Below, one piece after another: positions 36,172-44,263 of a stretch of DNA of 53,353 nt; the stretch's first letter is position 1, and every line of letters begins with the position of its first letter. The notes beneath the pieces are model-generated. The model ran no database searches, was not told the DNA's origin, and was given only the letters and a program-made list of their open reading frames with translations. The translations under genes were made by a program, and so were the position numbers. The DNA comes from a virus (taxonomy: Duplodnaviria > Caudoviricetes): positions 1-53,353 of the IMG/VR virus record IMGVR_UViG_3300025425_000027; one strand, given 5' to 3'.

Positions 36172-38623
36172 TCTTCATCATCTCCATCTGGATCTTAGCT
36201 GCATTCTTCTCACGCTCTAGCTGCAAGTCAGCCTCCAGCCTCATGATCTTCGCCTGCATGTCTTGCTGCGCCTTGGCTGCGTCGATCTCCATGTCCTGAC
36301 GCGCTTCAGCCTGCTTGATCTCAATGCCAGACCTTGCCTTGGCCTGATCTGCTTCGATCTGGGCCGTTGTACGGGCCTTCAGAGCCTCCGTCTCAAGCTG
36401 CGCGAGCTGCTGTGCATATTGCAGCGGATTGCCCTGCTGTTGGCCACCCTGTCCGCCCATGCCTACCAGTGCTTGGATTTGCTTCATCTGAGGAGCTGCC
36501 GCCACAACTTGAGCTGCGCGTTGGCTAATCAGAAGATCCATCTGTGGGTCAACCTCACCAAACCTGAAGTCTGGGTCTTTGAAGTTTGGCATTGGCGGCA
36601 TCTCCATCTGGATGCTTGCCTCCATGCGCTGACGGTACAAAAGCGCGATATGCTCTGCGATGTGAGCGATCAACACAGGCTGCATTGCCTTCGCGCCGGG
36701 ATTGCCAGCCAAGGACGGATCTTGCAGGAACTGAATGTGAACCGCAATGTGCGCCTCATGATCTTGCTCTGGGAAAGCGCGGATTGGCTTGCCATAGAGA
36801 ACGCTCATGTTCTCATCGATTACATCCATCTGAACCGCCTCTTCAGGCTTCTTTAGGATCTCATCAATGTTGGGTATTCGGATCGCCTCATACATACGCT
36901 TATACGCTTGGTATAGGTCATGAAGCTGCGGAGCTGATCGCGCCATTTCCAAGACAGCTTGAGCCTGCGCGATGCGCTGGGCTGTCGAGAAGATGTTAGG
37001 ATCAGACACTGGAACAATGTCAATCCGGTCATCAAAGTCGGAACGATAGATAATCTCCGCAGCTCCTGCCTGCGAAAAGCTGAACTCATCGGGGAGATTC
37101 TCAGCGTTCAGTCCCGCAAGAAGTTTGAACTCTTGACCCTGCGCGTAGTGCAGGCGCTTGTGGATTGCGCTAAACGCCTTCGATCCCTGTTCGATCAGGG
37201 CGACAGTCGTGCCGACTGGGGCGTTTGGATTTGCGTCACCGATATTGAGATCTGCCGTGCTGGCAAACCGCTGACCCGCCTCGACCATAAAGCCAAGCAG
37301 GTTGAACAGGGAGCTTGATGGCTCCTTGAATGGCAGCGGCATGATTGCCTTGTTCACGTCATCAACTGTGCTGTCGAGATCAATAAACTCGCCGGGGCTG
37401 ATTTGCATGTCGCCGCCCTGAACACGGCCACGCAGCTTAAAGCCACCCTGCATGTTTGCGAATGCGGCACTGTCGAGGAGGGCGCGAAGAGATCCTGTCG
37501 CTGCTTTGCCCAAGCCGCCGATCATGTGGTACAGACCGAAGCCATAGAAGCCTAGACCGGGCAGGAACTTATAGCTCACAAACCAATCGCGGCGTTTCTT
37601 TTCTTCGTCTTCTTGCTTCCAGTTGCGGCGGATGGCCACCACGTTCTGGTTTTCATAGTCAATTGTGATCACATATGGGATGGCCACTGCGTTGTCATCG
37701 ACATCACCGTCATCCATTTCCTCGCCGTCAATGCCGTCAAACAGGTCATAGACGTGCATCTCAAGCAATGTCATCACATCGTCTTGGCTGTCATCGGACT
37801 GGTCAACGCCTTCAATCTCACCGATCACATCGCCTGACGGATCTAGGCCATCGCCGCCACCGTACTTGGTCGGCAGGTAGTATCCGTTTTTAACGTAGCG
37901 ATTGAAGTCATTCTTCGGCATACGAATGACGTGGGTGTAGCGGGGTGACGTGTAGAGGTCTTTGCTCTCTGGGGCCACGACAAAGTCTTCAGCCTTAACA
38001 AACTGGCTGCACTGGCGATCTAGGTTGGCGTCCCACCATACTTTCTTGAACGTGTGACCGATCAGCGGAAGGTGGAATAGCATCTGATCCAGATCAGGGA
38101 AGTATTCGGGCATTTCCTGCGTGATCTGGTAGTTCATGTATTCGCGGACGCGGCGAGCTTGCTCTTCTAGCTTTTCGTCTGGCGTACCAATGATGACCGA
38201 CTTGACCGGGCCACCTGACGGGTACAGCTCTGCTATGGCTCTGGCGTTAAACTGGGTTGCGGCTTCAGCGATCAGCGGGTGTACCACGATTGACAGTCCG
38301 CGTGTCGCACGTTCATCTTCGCCGTCAGCCATGCCGCCATCGGGGTCTAGGGTCTTTAGCCCTTCCTTGTAGCGTTCCTCCCACTCAGCACGGGCTGCGC
38401 GGTCATTCTCGTAGAACGTCACAAGCTCTTGCGCTTTTCGGGCAAGCTCTTTTTCGTCGATAACTTCGGCTAGGTTTTGGTCGAACTCTGCGTCATCCAG
38501 CTCATCCATGTAGTCCAGCTCTGGATCTCCGATCAGGACATCGCCATCGGCAAGTTCTTCGATCATGAGTTCGTCGGCTGGAGCGCCTTCGGCAAACGGG
38601 ATAATATTTTCTAGTTCAGCCAT
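36152..38623 (-). CDS. Portal protein (P22-like, long C-terminal barrel)
   Basis: HPLIAEAATQF, YMNYQ, GLGFYGFG, APVGTT, DPNIFS; Q-rich helical tail; follows TerL. Confidence 0.9.
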   Translation of the reverse strand: MAELENIIPFAEGAPADELMIEELADGDVLIGDPELDYMDELDDAEFDQNLAEVIDEKELARKAQELVTFYENDRAARAEWEERYKEGLKTLDPDGGMADGEDERATRGLSIVVHPLIAEAATQFNARAIAELYPSGGPVKSVIIGTPDEKLEEQARRVREYMNYQITQEMPEYFPDLDQMLFHLPLIGHTFKKVWWDANLDRQCSQFVKAEDFVVAPESKDLYTSPRYTHVIRMPKNDFNRYVKNGYYLPTKYGGGDGLDPSGDVIGEIEGVDQSDDSQDDVMTLLEMHVYDLFDGIDGEEMDDGDVDDNAVAIPYVITIDYENQNVVAIRRNWKQEDEEKKRRDWFVSYKFLPGLGFYGFGLYHMIGGLGKAATGSLRALLDSAAFANMQGGFKLRGRVQGGDMQISPGEFIDLDSTVDDVNKAIMPLPFKEPSSSLFNLLGFMVEAGQRFASTADLNIGDANPNAPVGTTVALIEQGSKAFSAIHKRLHYAQGQEFKLLAGLNAENLPDEFSFSQAGAAEIIYRSDFDDRIDIVPVSDPNIFSTAQRIAQAQAVLEMARSAPQLHDLYQAYKRMYEAIRIPNIDEILKKPEEAVQMDVIDENMSVLYGKPIRAFPEQDHEAHIAVHIQFLQDPSLAGNPGAKAMQPVLIAHIAEHIALLYRQRMEASIQMEMPPMPNFKDPDFRFGEVDPQMDLLISQRAAQVVAAAPQMKQIQALVGMGGQGGQQQGNPLQYAQQLAQLETEALKARTTAQIEADQAKARSGIEIKQAEARQDMEIDAAKAQQDMQAKIMRLEADLQLEREKNAAKIQMEMMKNVPPTI

Positions 38624-40127
38624 AAAGGGTCATCCTTTGTTTTTCTACTGGTTCGTCTTCTTCTGGGTCTTCGCTATGCCCAACGAACCAACCTTTTCGC
38701 AATCTTAACCACGCTTGGGTGCATGTGTCCACTACGTCATCATTCGGATGCGCTGGGAAGGCAGCACATATGTCTATTAAATCTTTAGCCCATTTGCGGC
38801 TGCTTGGGTAGAAAATTCTTCCATCTTCCAACATCGCGCTCGAAGCGTGGGCGCGAGCTTCCTTATCACGGTCAGGAGAATATGCCAATACGGGGACGCC
38901 AGCCATGCGGAGATCCTGCAAGAGAGACTGGCCTGACGCCTTCTTCTCAATCAGAACTGCGTCTGGCTCCCAGAGATCGTATGATTCCTGTGCGATCCTG
39001 CGGAGGTCTGGATAGCTGACCTTGTCGTACCACGCCTCCAGCACGATGGCGCACATGACGCCCTGATGGCGAAACACGCCCCAAGTGGTTCTGGCGCTAA
39101 AGCTGGAGCTTTCCTTTGCCTCGAAGGCTGTGTCCCATGATTGCAGGACGTATTCGATATTGTTGGGCATGTCCTCGCTTTCCCAAGGAACCCACCAGCT
39201 AGATTTGAGGATACCGCCGCCCTTGGGGCTTGGTCGCTGCTGTAGCTGCCCAGCGGCTGCGTAGGAGCCAAGAGAACGCTCTAGGGTTGTCAGGGTGTGT
39301 TCATCGATCCTTTCGGGCCAGAGAAGCTCACCCTCCTTGGTGCGTGGATCTGTGAAGCCAAGGCTTGACCTTATTGGATTTGGTGAGCCAATTTCGTATC
39401 GCGCTGGGATACATAAGTGATCCCACTCATCGCCAAGCTGGTTTGCTAGGACGTGGCCCGTCAGGTCTTGTTCGTGCAGGCGCTGCATGATTATGACGAA
39501 TGCGCCTGTCTTGGGATCGTTAAGGCGTGTCTGCATGGCCTGATCCCACCAATCTAGGACGCCTTCACGCACTTTGGCGCTGTCGGCTTCGACGCTATTG
39601 TGCGGATCATCGATACAGATGATGTCGCCACCATCCCCGGTTAGAGCGCCACCAACTGATGTGGCAATGCGGTAGCCTGTTGCATCGTTTTCAAACCTTT
39701 GCTTTTGGTTTTGATCGTCGGTCAGCTTAAACTTGTCACCGAAATGAGTTCTGTACCACGGGCTATCGATCAGCCTTCGGCACTTGGTGCTGTCTCTGAT
39801 CGACAGGGAGCTTGCGTAGGATGCGTAGAGGAACTTCTTTGACGGTTGCGTGGCCCACGTCCATGCAGGCAGCACAACGGCCACTGACAGCGACTTCATG
39901 TGCCGGGGCGGCACGTTAATGATCAGGCGCTTGATATCGCCATTAACTACGGCTTGGAGGTGATCGCTGATTGCATCGATGTGCCAGTTGTTTTTGAACT
40001 CAACGCCCGGTTCAATCGTCGGCCATGCTGCTTTCGTAAACTCCCTCAATGATCTCCGGTACTTTTCCGCCCTGACTTCCTCCAGCGTAAGATTGCTCAA
40101 AAGCGCGTTCAATTGCTGCGAGTTCAT
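38616..40127 (-). CDS. terL: Terminase large subunit
   Basis: INVPPRHMKS (Walker A), IDDPH, IMQRLHE, SWDTA, IEKKASG, DDVVD. Confidence 0.95.
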   Translation of the reverse strand: MNSQQLNALLSNLTLEEVRAEKYRRSLREFTKAAWPTIEPGVEFKNNWHIDAISDHLQAVVNGDIKRLIINVPPRHMKSLSVAVVLPAWTWATQPSKKFLYASYASSLSIRDSTKCRRLIDSPWYRTHFGDKFKLTDDQNQKQRFENDATGYRIATSVGGALTGDGGDIICIDDPHNSVEADSAKVREGVLDWWDQAMQTRLNDPKTGAFVIIMQRLHEQDLTGHVLANQLGDEWDHLCIPARYEIGSPNPIRSSLGFTDPRTKEGELLWPERIDEHTLTTLERSLGSYAAAGQLQQRPSPKGGGILKSSWWVPWESEDMPNNIEYVLQSWDTAFEAKESSSFSARTTWGVFRHQGVMCAIVLEAWYDKVSYPDLRRIAQESYDLWEPDAVLIEKKASGQSLLQDLRMAGVPVLAYSPDRDKEARAHASSAMLEDGRIFYPSSRKWAKDLIDICAAFPAHPNDDVVDTCTQAWLRLRKGWFVGHSEDPEEDEPVEKQRMTLYG

Positions 40128-40494
40128 GAGTACCGATCCTTGTGAGGTCGAGGGTTATGGTTTTTTCCTCGTGAATTTTTGTTTCTGTCTTATCCACCCA
40201 GCCTGCGCGGTTCTTCAGGAAGAAGATGATGGCTGTGTTGTCTCGTTCTACGGTGGCATTCTCGAACAGAGCATTGGTTACAGCATCTATGCCACGGGCC
40301 TGCCCTCTTTTTATAGCTTCTGAAAATTCTGAATTTTCTGACTGATGAAGCATGAAAGTTGACGTGTGAATACCCAGCATTCCAGCGCATTGTTCTTTGG
40401 TTAGACCCTTTGCCATAAGGCTTTCAGTCTTCTCTAAGACTTCGTCGGTAATATCAAACTTTGGTCTACCGACTGGATTTTTGGCTTTTGCCAT
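40012..40494 (-). CDS. terS: Terminase small subunit
   Basis: VGRPK, HTH, EFSEAIKRG, TAIIFFLKNRAGW; start reassigned to MAKAK. Confidence 0.85.
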   Translation of the reverse strand: MAKAKNPVGRPKFDITDEVLEKTESLMAKGLTKEQCAGMLGIHTSTFMLHQSENSEFSEAIKRGQARGIDAVTNALFENATVERDNTAIIFFLKNRAGWVDKTETKIHEEKTITLDLTRIGTHELAAIERAFEQSYAGGSQGGKVPEIIEGVYESSMADD

Positions 40495-40551
40495 TCCTTG
40501 ACCTTTCTTTTCAGTGGTTAGCTGTATTTTGGGAATGTAGATCAGATCTTT

Positions 40552-40601
40552 AAAAAAAGAAAGACCCACCGTTGCAGTGCGAAACCTAGCCGGGTGGGTC
40601 T
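40552..40601 (-). terminator. Terminator-like hairpin upstream of terS
   Basis: Minus strand AGACCCACC...GGTGGGTCT followed by TTCTTTTTTT; the loop is long. Confidence 0.55.
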
Positions 40602-40668
40602 AGTTTAATGATGAGGTCACAGGCATGACCCAATCGAGCAGTGTGTTTTGGCTATCACATTGCGAGCA

Positions 40669-41442
40669 TTATTGGAATGGGCATTTATTTATTTCATCAG
40701 CTTTTTTCCAGAACCTTTCTCTTTTAACATAAAAATCACGGGAACCATCAAAAATATTTTTTACAAAGTTCATGCCAGCTCCAGAGCTTCTTATGGCTTT
40801 GAATTTATCTTTATCTACCAAATGATGTCGAATTTCTATTTTACGATCAGTCATGGGGTGCAAGATAGCCATTGGCGTTAGCGGTTGAATATTAAAATTT
40901 TGCACTTTTTCATTTTGCTCCACCATATAGTTCATATGTGTCGCGGTTTGAGTTTTAAATTGCATTACTCCCGGCAGTAAGGTTAGGCCGTTCAATGTAT
41001 CTGATTGGCTCCAAGTTGGCTGGGTAAATGTAAAGTAAATTAATTCTCTGGTTTTGATTGCCCAAGGAGATAAGAATTTTATATTTTGTCTATTCTTTTG
41101 AGCAAACCCGCTCCACTGTTCTTGTTCATGTGACCCTGAGTGTAGGTCAAAGTCTTCATTAGATGCAGTCCAACCATAAAAATTATTTCCAAAGTTGATT
41201 GGGTTTACATTTATTTCAACTTCCCCCCACAGCGGAATTACGATTCCCTTGGCATAATAATCAATAAACCCTTTACAATATTTTATTGTTGCATCGTTTT
41301 TTTTATTAAATTTGCTTTCATTTTTCCACCATTCTGGGATGTATTTATGTGAGTAATCTATTTTTGCATTATTGTAAGCGAAGTGGCTTGATGTGTAGCA
41401 ATCCAAAAATATAGGTTTTTCTTTTTTACTTTTAAAGAACAC
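40669..41442 (-). CDS. AT-rich hypothetical protein (possible dUTPase-like beta fold)
   Basis: PEWWK...TIKYC..FIDY..G.VIPLW...KFLSPW...LPG...TPMA. Confidence 0.6.
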   Translation of the reverse strand: MFFKSKKEKPIFLDCYTSSHFAYNNAKIDYSHKYIPEWWKNESKFNKKNDATIKYCKGFIDYYAKGIVIPLWGEVEINVNPINFGNNFYGWTASNEDFDLHSGSHEQEQWSGFAQKNRQNIKFLSPWAIKTRELIYFTFTQPTWSQSDTLNGLTLLPGVMQFKTQTATHMNYMVEQNEKVQNFNIQPLTPMAILHPMTDRKIEIRHHLVDKDKFKAIRSSGAGMNFVKNIFDGSRDFYVKRERFWKKADEINKCPFQ

Positions 41443-41452
41443 AACTATCTCC

Positions 41453-41728
41453 TCACATTGCTAGTAATATGACAAGAACTGCGGCTATTAGAACTACGAA
41501 TGCTGTGCCTGCCATCATTTCTTTTGCCCATCCTTCTGGCTTTTCGTCGTGTATATCGACGTGACCACGCAGGCTGACTGAGATCCACTGGCCTTTCTTT
41601 GCTGGCTCTTCGCCTCTTTGTGTGTGGACCCAGAGGTCTGGATTTCCCAGTCTCTTGCTTGATTCTAATTTTACCCAGTCTGGGATTTCTGATGTGAAGC
41701 CCTTGAACTTCCAAGACTTAATAATCAT
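41453..41728 (-). CDS. Small protein with C-terminal TM
   Basis: PDW...HTQRG...AKKGQWI domain plus hydrophobic C-terminus; ATGA coupling. Confidence 0.6.
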   Translation of the reverse strand: MIIKSWKFKGFTSEIPDWVKLESSKRLGNPDLWVHTQRGEEPAKKGQWISVSLRGHVDIHDEKPEGWAKEMMAGTAFVVLIAAVLVILLAM

Positions 41729-42306
41729 GATTGATTTCCTTTATGCTTAGTGCAGTATTTTTTCTGCTGTTGCGGTAGCGGCTCGTTGCATAGCTCACCC
41801 ATAAACATCCTGCCTTCGTCTATGATATATCTCTGACAGGTTTTGTATATTTCCTCTGGGGGTTTTGATATGACTGGGAGATACCATCCTTTATTTTTAT
41901 TGATTTTAATTTTCACGTTAAGCCACGCGCTTATTTTTTCTTCCGAAACTTCTTTTTCCCGAAGGGCATTGACCAATTCTTTGACGCACATTTTGCCAGC
42001 ATTTGGTGTGTCCATCATTTTTTGTTGGCTGACATTTTCCAAGAACTCATCAAAGGTCATGTGGTTGGCGGGGATATTTTTGATAACATTTTTGAGCCGT
42101 GCTGAAATAAACAGGTCGCCCATTGTTGTGGCGTTTTTTCCAAGCTCAAATACTTTTTCAAACCTTGCCCCCATTGCAATTCTAGCCCTTGCTCTTTCCC
42201 TACCTACGCCTAGCTCTTCGCCTATTTCGCGGAGAAGTTTGCCTGACCGCCTAAGTTCCAGTGCGTACTGATTAAGTTTGGCACTTCTGTTATTAACGAC
42301 CATCAT
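41725..42306 (-). CDS. Sigma70 region-4-like HTH / RNAP alpha-CTD / Zn-finger fusion
   Basis: LREIGEELGVGRERAR; DLFISARLKN...TPNAGKMCVKEL; C...C...CxxH. Confidence 0.7.
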   Translation of the reverse strand: MMVVNNRSAKLNQYALELRRSGKLLREIGEELGVGRERARARIAMGARFEKVFELGKNATTMGDLFISARLKNVIKNIPANHMTFDEFLENVSQQKMMDTPNAGKMCVKELVNALREKEVSEEKISAWLNVKIKINKNKGWYLPVISKPPEEIYKTCQRYIIDEGRMFMGELCNEPLPQQQKKYCTKHKGNQS

Positions 42307-42309
42307 GTC

Positions 42310-42501
42310 TTATTCCTCCTCGAATACTTGATTGCCTATTTCGATGGGCAATTCGATTGTTGTTATTCTAAAGTTGCACTTTAGGCAGGCGCGCCTGCGC
42401 TTTACTGTTGGGAAGCCATATGCTTCGTGCGGCCTTGAGTCTTTGGCTTGCAGCTTAACGCGGCCCTTGCAGTTTGGGCAGTGGGTTACGGCTAGGGTCA
42501 T
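42310..42501 (-). CDS. Stand-alone NrdR-like zinc ribbon
   Basis: CPNC...DSR...KRRRACLKCNFRITTIE; no ATP-cone. Confidence 0.75.
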   Translation of the reverse strand: MTLAVTHCPNCKGRVKLQAKDSRPHEAYGFPTVKRRRACLKCNFRITTIELPIEIGNQVFEEE

Positions 42502-42674
42502 GCTGCCTCCACTTCTTCTGGCATAAGTGACATATAAATATTGCTGTCACTTAATTTAGCTTTGAATATATCTGGGTGTGTAAAAAAACCACCAACAGAA
42601 ACCACTGTCGCTTCTTTCCCAAAAAATTGGCAATGTTTGTTTGTGATAATTACTTTATCGTTAGGTTTTAACAT
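42498..42674 (-). CDS. Small KOW/SH3-like protein (58 aa; not in ORF track)
   Basis: MLKPNDKVIITNKHCQFFGKEATVVSV...; AGAAAGGA RBS. Confidence 0.7.
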   Translation of the reverse strand: MLKPNDKVIITNKHCQFFGKEATVVSVGGFFTHPDIFKAKLSDSNIYMSLMPEEVEAA

Positions 42675-42678
42675 TGGG

Positions 42679-42755
42679 TATTCCTTTCTAAATAACTATA
42701 CTACACTATCTAGTACACTAAGTAGTGTAGTGCAAGTGCATTAGATAAAAAAGAT
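42679..42755 (-). promoter_or_regulatory. Divergent third copy of the early promoter/RBS module
   Basis: Minus strand: T tract, TTGCAC-N17-TAGATA, TACACTA/TAGTGTA inverted repeat, ATTTAGAAAGGAATAC. Confidence 0.6.
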
Positions 42756-43115
42756 TTAGGCCATGTTTAGCTTGACTGGGAGATACCATCCCTTGCGCCT
42801 GTCTCGCTCGCCTTCATCGAAGTTCCGCTCCCAACGTAGGACGTTCACTTCTTCGCTTTCTTCTGAGGCAATTATGCAGGCGACCATGACGGCTATGGGA
42901 TCTCCACCACCGGGCCAGAGTAGGAAGTCATCTGGGCTGAAGCCCTCCATAGCCTTTCGAGCTGTTGTGATAGCTTTGGCTGGATTGAACTGCGGCTTGT
43001 CTTCAGGCTCGAAGACGATCTTGAGTTTACCGTATCTTGCTGCGTCTGTGAGGTCTGGTGTCCACCCGAACTTATTCTCTCTTGGTCGTGACACGATATA
43101 GACGGTGCTGGTCAT
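42756..43115 (-). CDS. Hypothetical alpha/beta protein
   Basis: Start reassigned to MTSTVY after AGAAAGGA; DFLL...GDP...VLRWER...YLPV. Confidence 0.75.
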   Translation of the reverse strand: MTSTVYIVSRPRENKFGWTPDLTDAARYGKLKIVFEPEDKPQFNPAKAITTARKAMEGFSPDDFLLWPGGGDPIAVMVACIIASEESEEVNVLRWERNFDEGERDRRKGWYLPVKLNMA

Positions 43116-43189
43116 TTTGTATTCCTTTCTGAGTGATGTTGAATTGCTGGTATCACGGCCTTGCACAGATATAAACTGTAAATTGATTA

Positions 43190-43490
43190 ATGGCATTAAC
43201 GTCATATTTATGGCATAGACCAAATCTGCCATAATTCATTCAACTGATACTCTTTATTTATATAGTATATATTATATTATTATTATTATTATTATATATA
43301 TGTCATACTGTCATACCCCCCCCTTCTACTACACACAGGGGGGTACTAGGGGGGGGTGTAAAATAGTATTAGAGTACATGCCATAAATGCCATAAATGCC
43401 ATAAATACTTAACGTGTTGGTATTGTTGAAGGAAACAGTGATTTTAGGCATGTCATAAATACTGCCAATAAACATGCCATAAATAAAAAC
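43190..43490. other. Putative replication origin
   Basis: Non-coding; (TAT)n AT tract, C8/G8 inverted arms, repeated ATGCCATAA iterons. Confidence 0.65.
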
Positions 43491-43512
43491 CCCACCTTTT
43501 GAGGGGCGGGGT
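43482..43512 (-). terminator. Rho-independent terminator of the primase operon
   Basis: Minus strand ACCCCGCC...GGTGGGGT followed by TTTTATT. Confidence 0.7.
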
Positions 43513-43671
43513 CATCGTGTGGGTGGCCGTTGATATGCATGTCGTTTGGCGCAGTCTGGTAGCAACGTAACCAATCAAAACAACCGCCATTTTCCCGTGG
43601 CTAAGCGTATTTTTATTAAGTTAAACCACCCACTGGGAACTTAAATCACACCTTATTGGGTGGGTAAAGTG

Positions 43672-43992
43672 TTATGTATTGCCGCCTTGAAATTTAATTG
43701 TCTCGACTTTTGCCTCTGGTTTTTCGGCAATAAGTTCTGCCCCACAACTGAGATACCCACAGCCATCCTGCCAATGATCTGCATTTTCGGGAGTTGACTT
43801 GATCCTAGCAATTTTCAGGAGGGTCATCATGACCCCAACTTGATGCGGTTCGATTGGCGTTTCCAAGAAAACTGACCAGAGTTTTGCAATCATAGTCAGG
43901 TTGGATTCCATGTCACCGTGCTGCGCTGCGCGATCTTTTGTGACGTACTGCTTTGCGGTGTCGAGGATCTCTGATCTTGTATATTTTGTCAT
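43672..43992 (-). CDS. DUF6378-like phage protein
   Basis: DRAAQHG...IAKLWS...MMTLLKIAR...DGCGY. Confidence 0.75.
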   Translation of the reverse strand: MTKYTRSEILDTAKQYVTKDRAAQHGDMESNLTMIAKLWSVFLETPIEPHQVGVMMTLLKIARIKSTPENADHWQDGCGYLSCGAELIAEKPEAKVETIKFQGGNT

Positions 43993-44249
43993 TTTTTCTC
44001 TCCGACTAAATTGTATCTGGCGATGTAATCTGAGACGCCTTGGTAGGTTATTTTTAGGATGTTAGAGATGTCTCTGCGGGTCTTGCCCTCACCCAGCAGA
44101 GCTTCGATCTTTTCGGCCTTGGGTGGGAGGACAACATTGCGGCCATACTTTCCGAAGTAATCGGCTCCTCCTATTGTACCCCAAGTTTTTCTTGCACGGG
44201 CATTTTCTGCTTTTGCTGTCAGTTTCATTTGGTGGATCATGTTATTCAT
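43989..44249 (-). CDS. Small HTH DNA-binding protein
   Basis: GKTRRDISNILKITYQGVSDYI; GAAAGGA RBS. Confidence 0.65.
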   Translation of the reverse strand: MNNMIHQMKLTAKAENARARKTWGTIGGADYFGKYGRNVVLPPKAEKIEALLGEGKTRRDISNILKITYQGVSDYIARYNLVGEKK

Positions 44250-44263
44250 CTTTGAGTCCTTTC

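Noticed and set aside
40575-40640. Hammerhead ribozyme (TGATGAG and GAAAC present)
   Set aside because: The core lacks CUGAUGA, and GAAA does not follow stem II.
41445-41714. Alternative-frame ORF overlapping 41453-41728
   Set aside because: Arg/Ser-rich off-frame composition; the other frame is translationally coupled and protein-like.
43544-43575. tRNA gene suggested by TGGCGCAGTCTGGTAGC
   Set aside because: No acceptor stem, anticodon arm or TTCGA T-loop at the right spacing; kept only as part of the candidate ncRNA.
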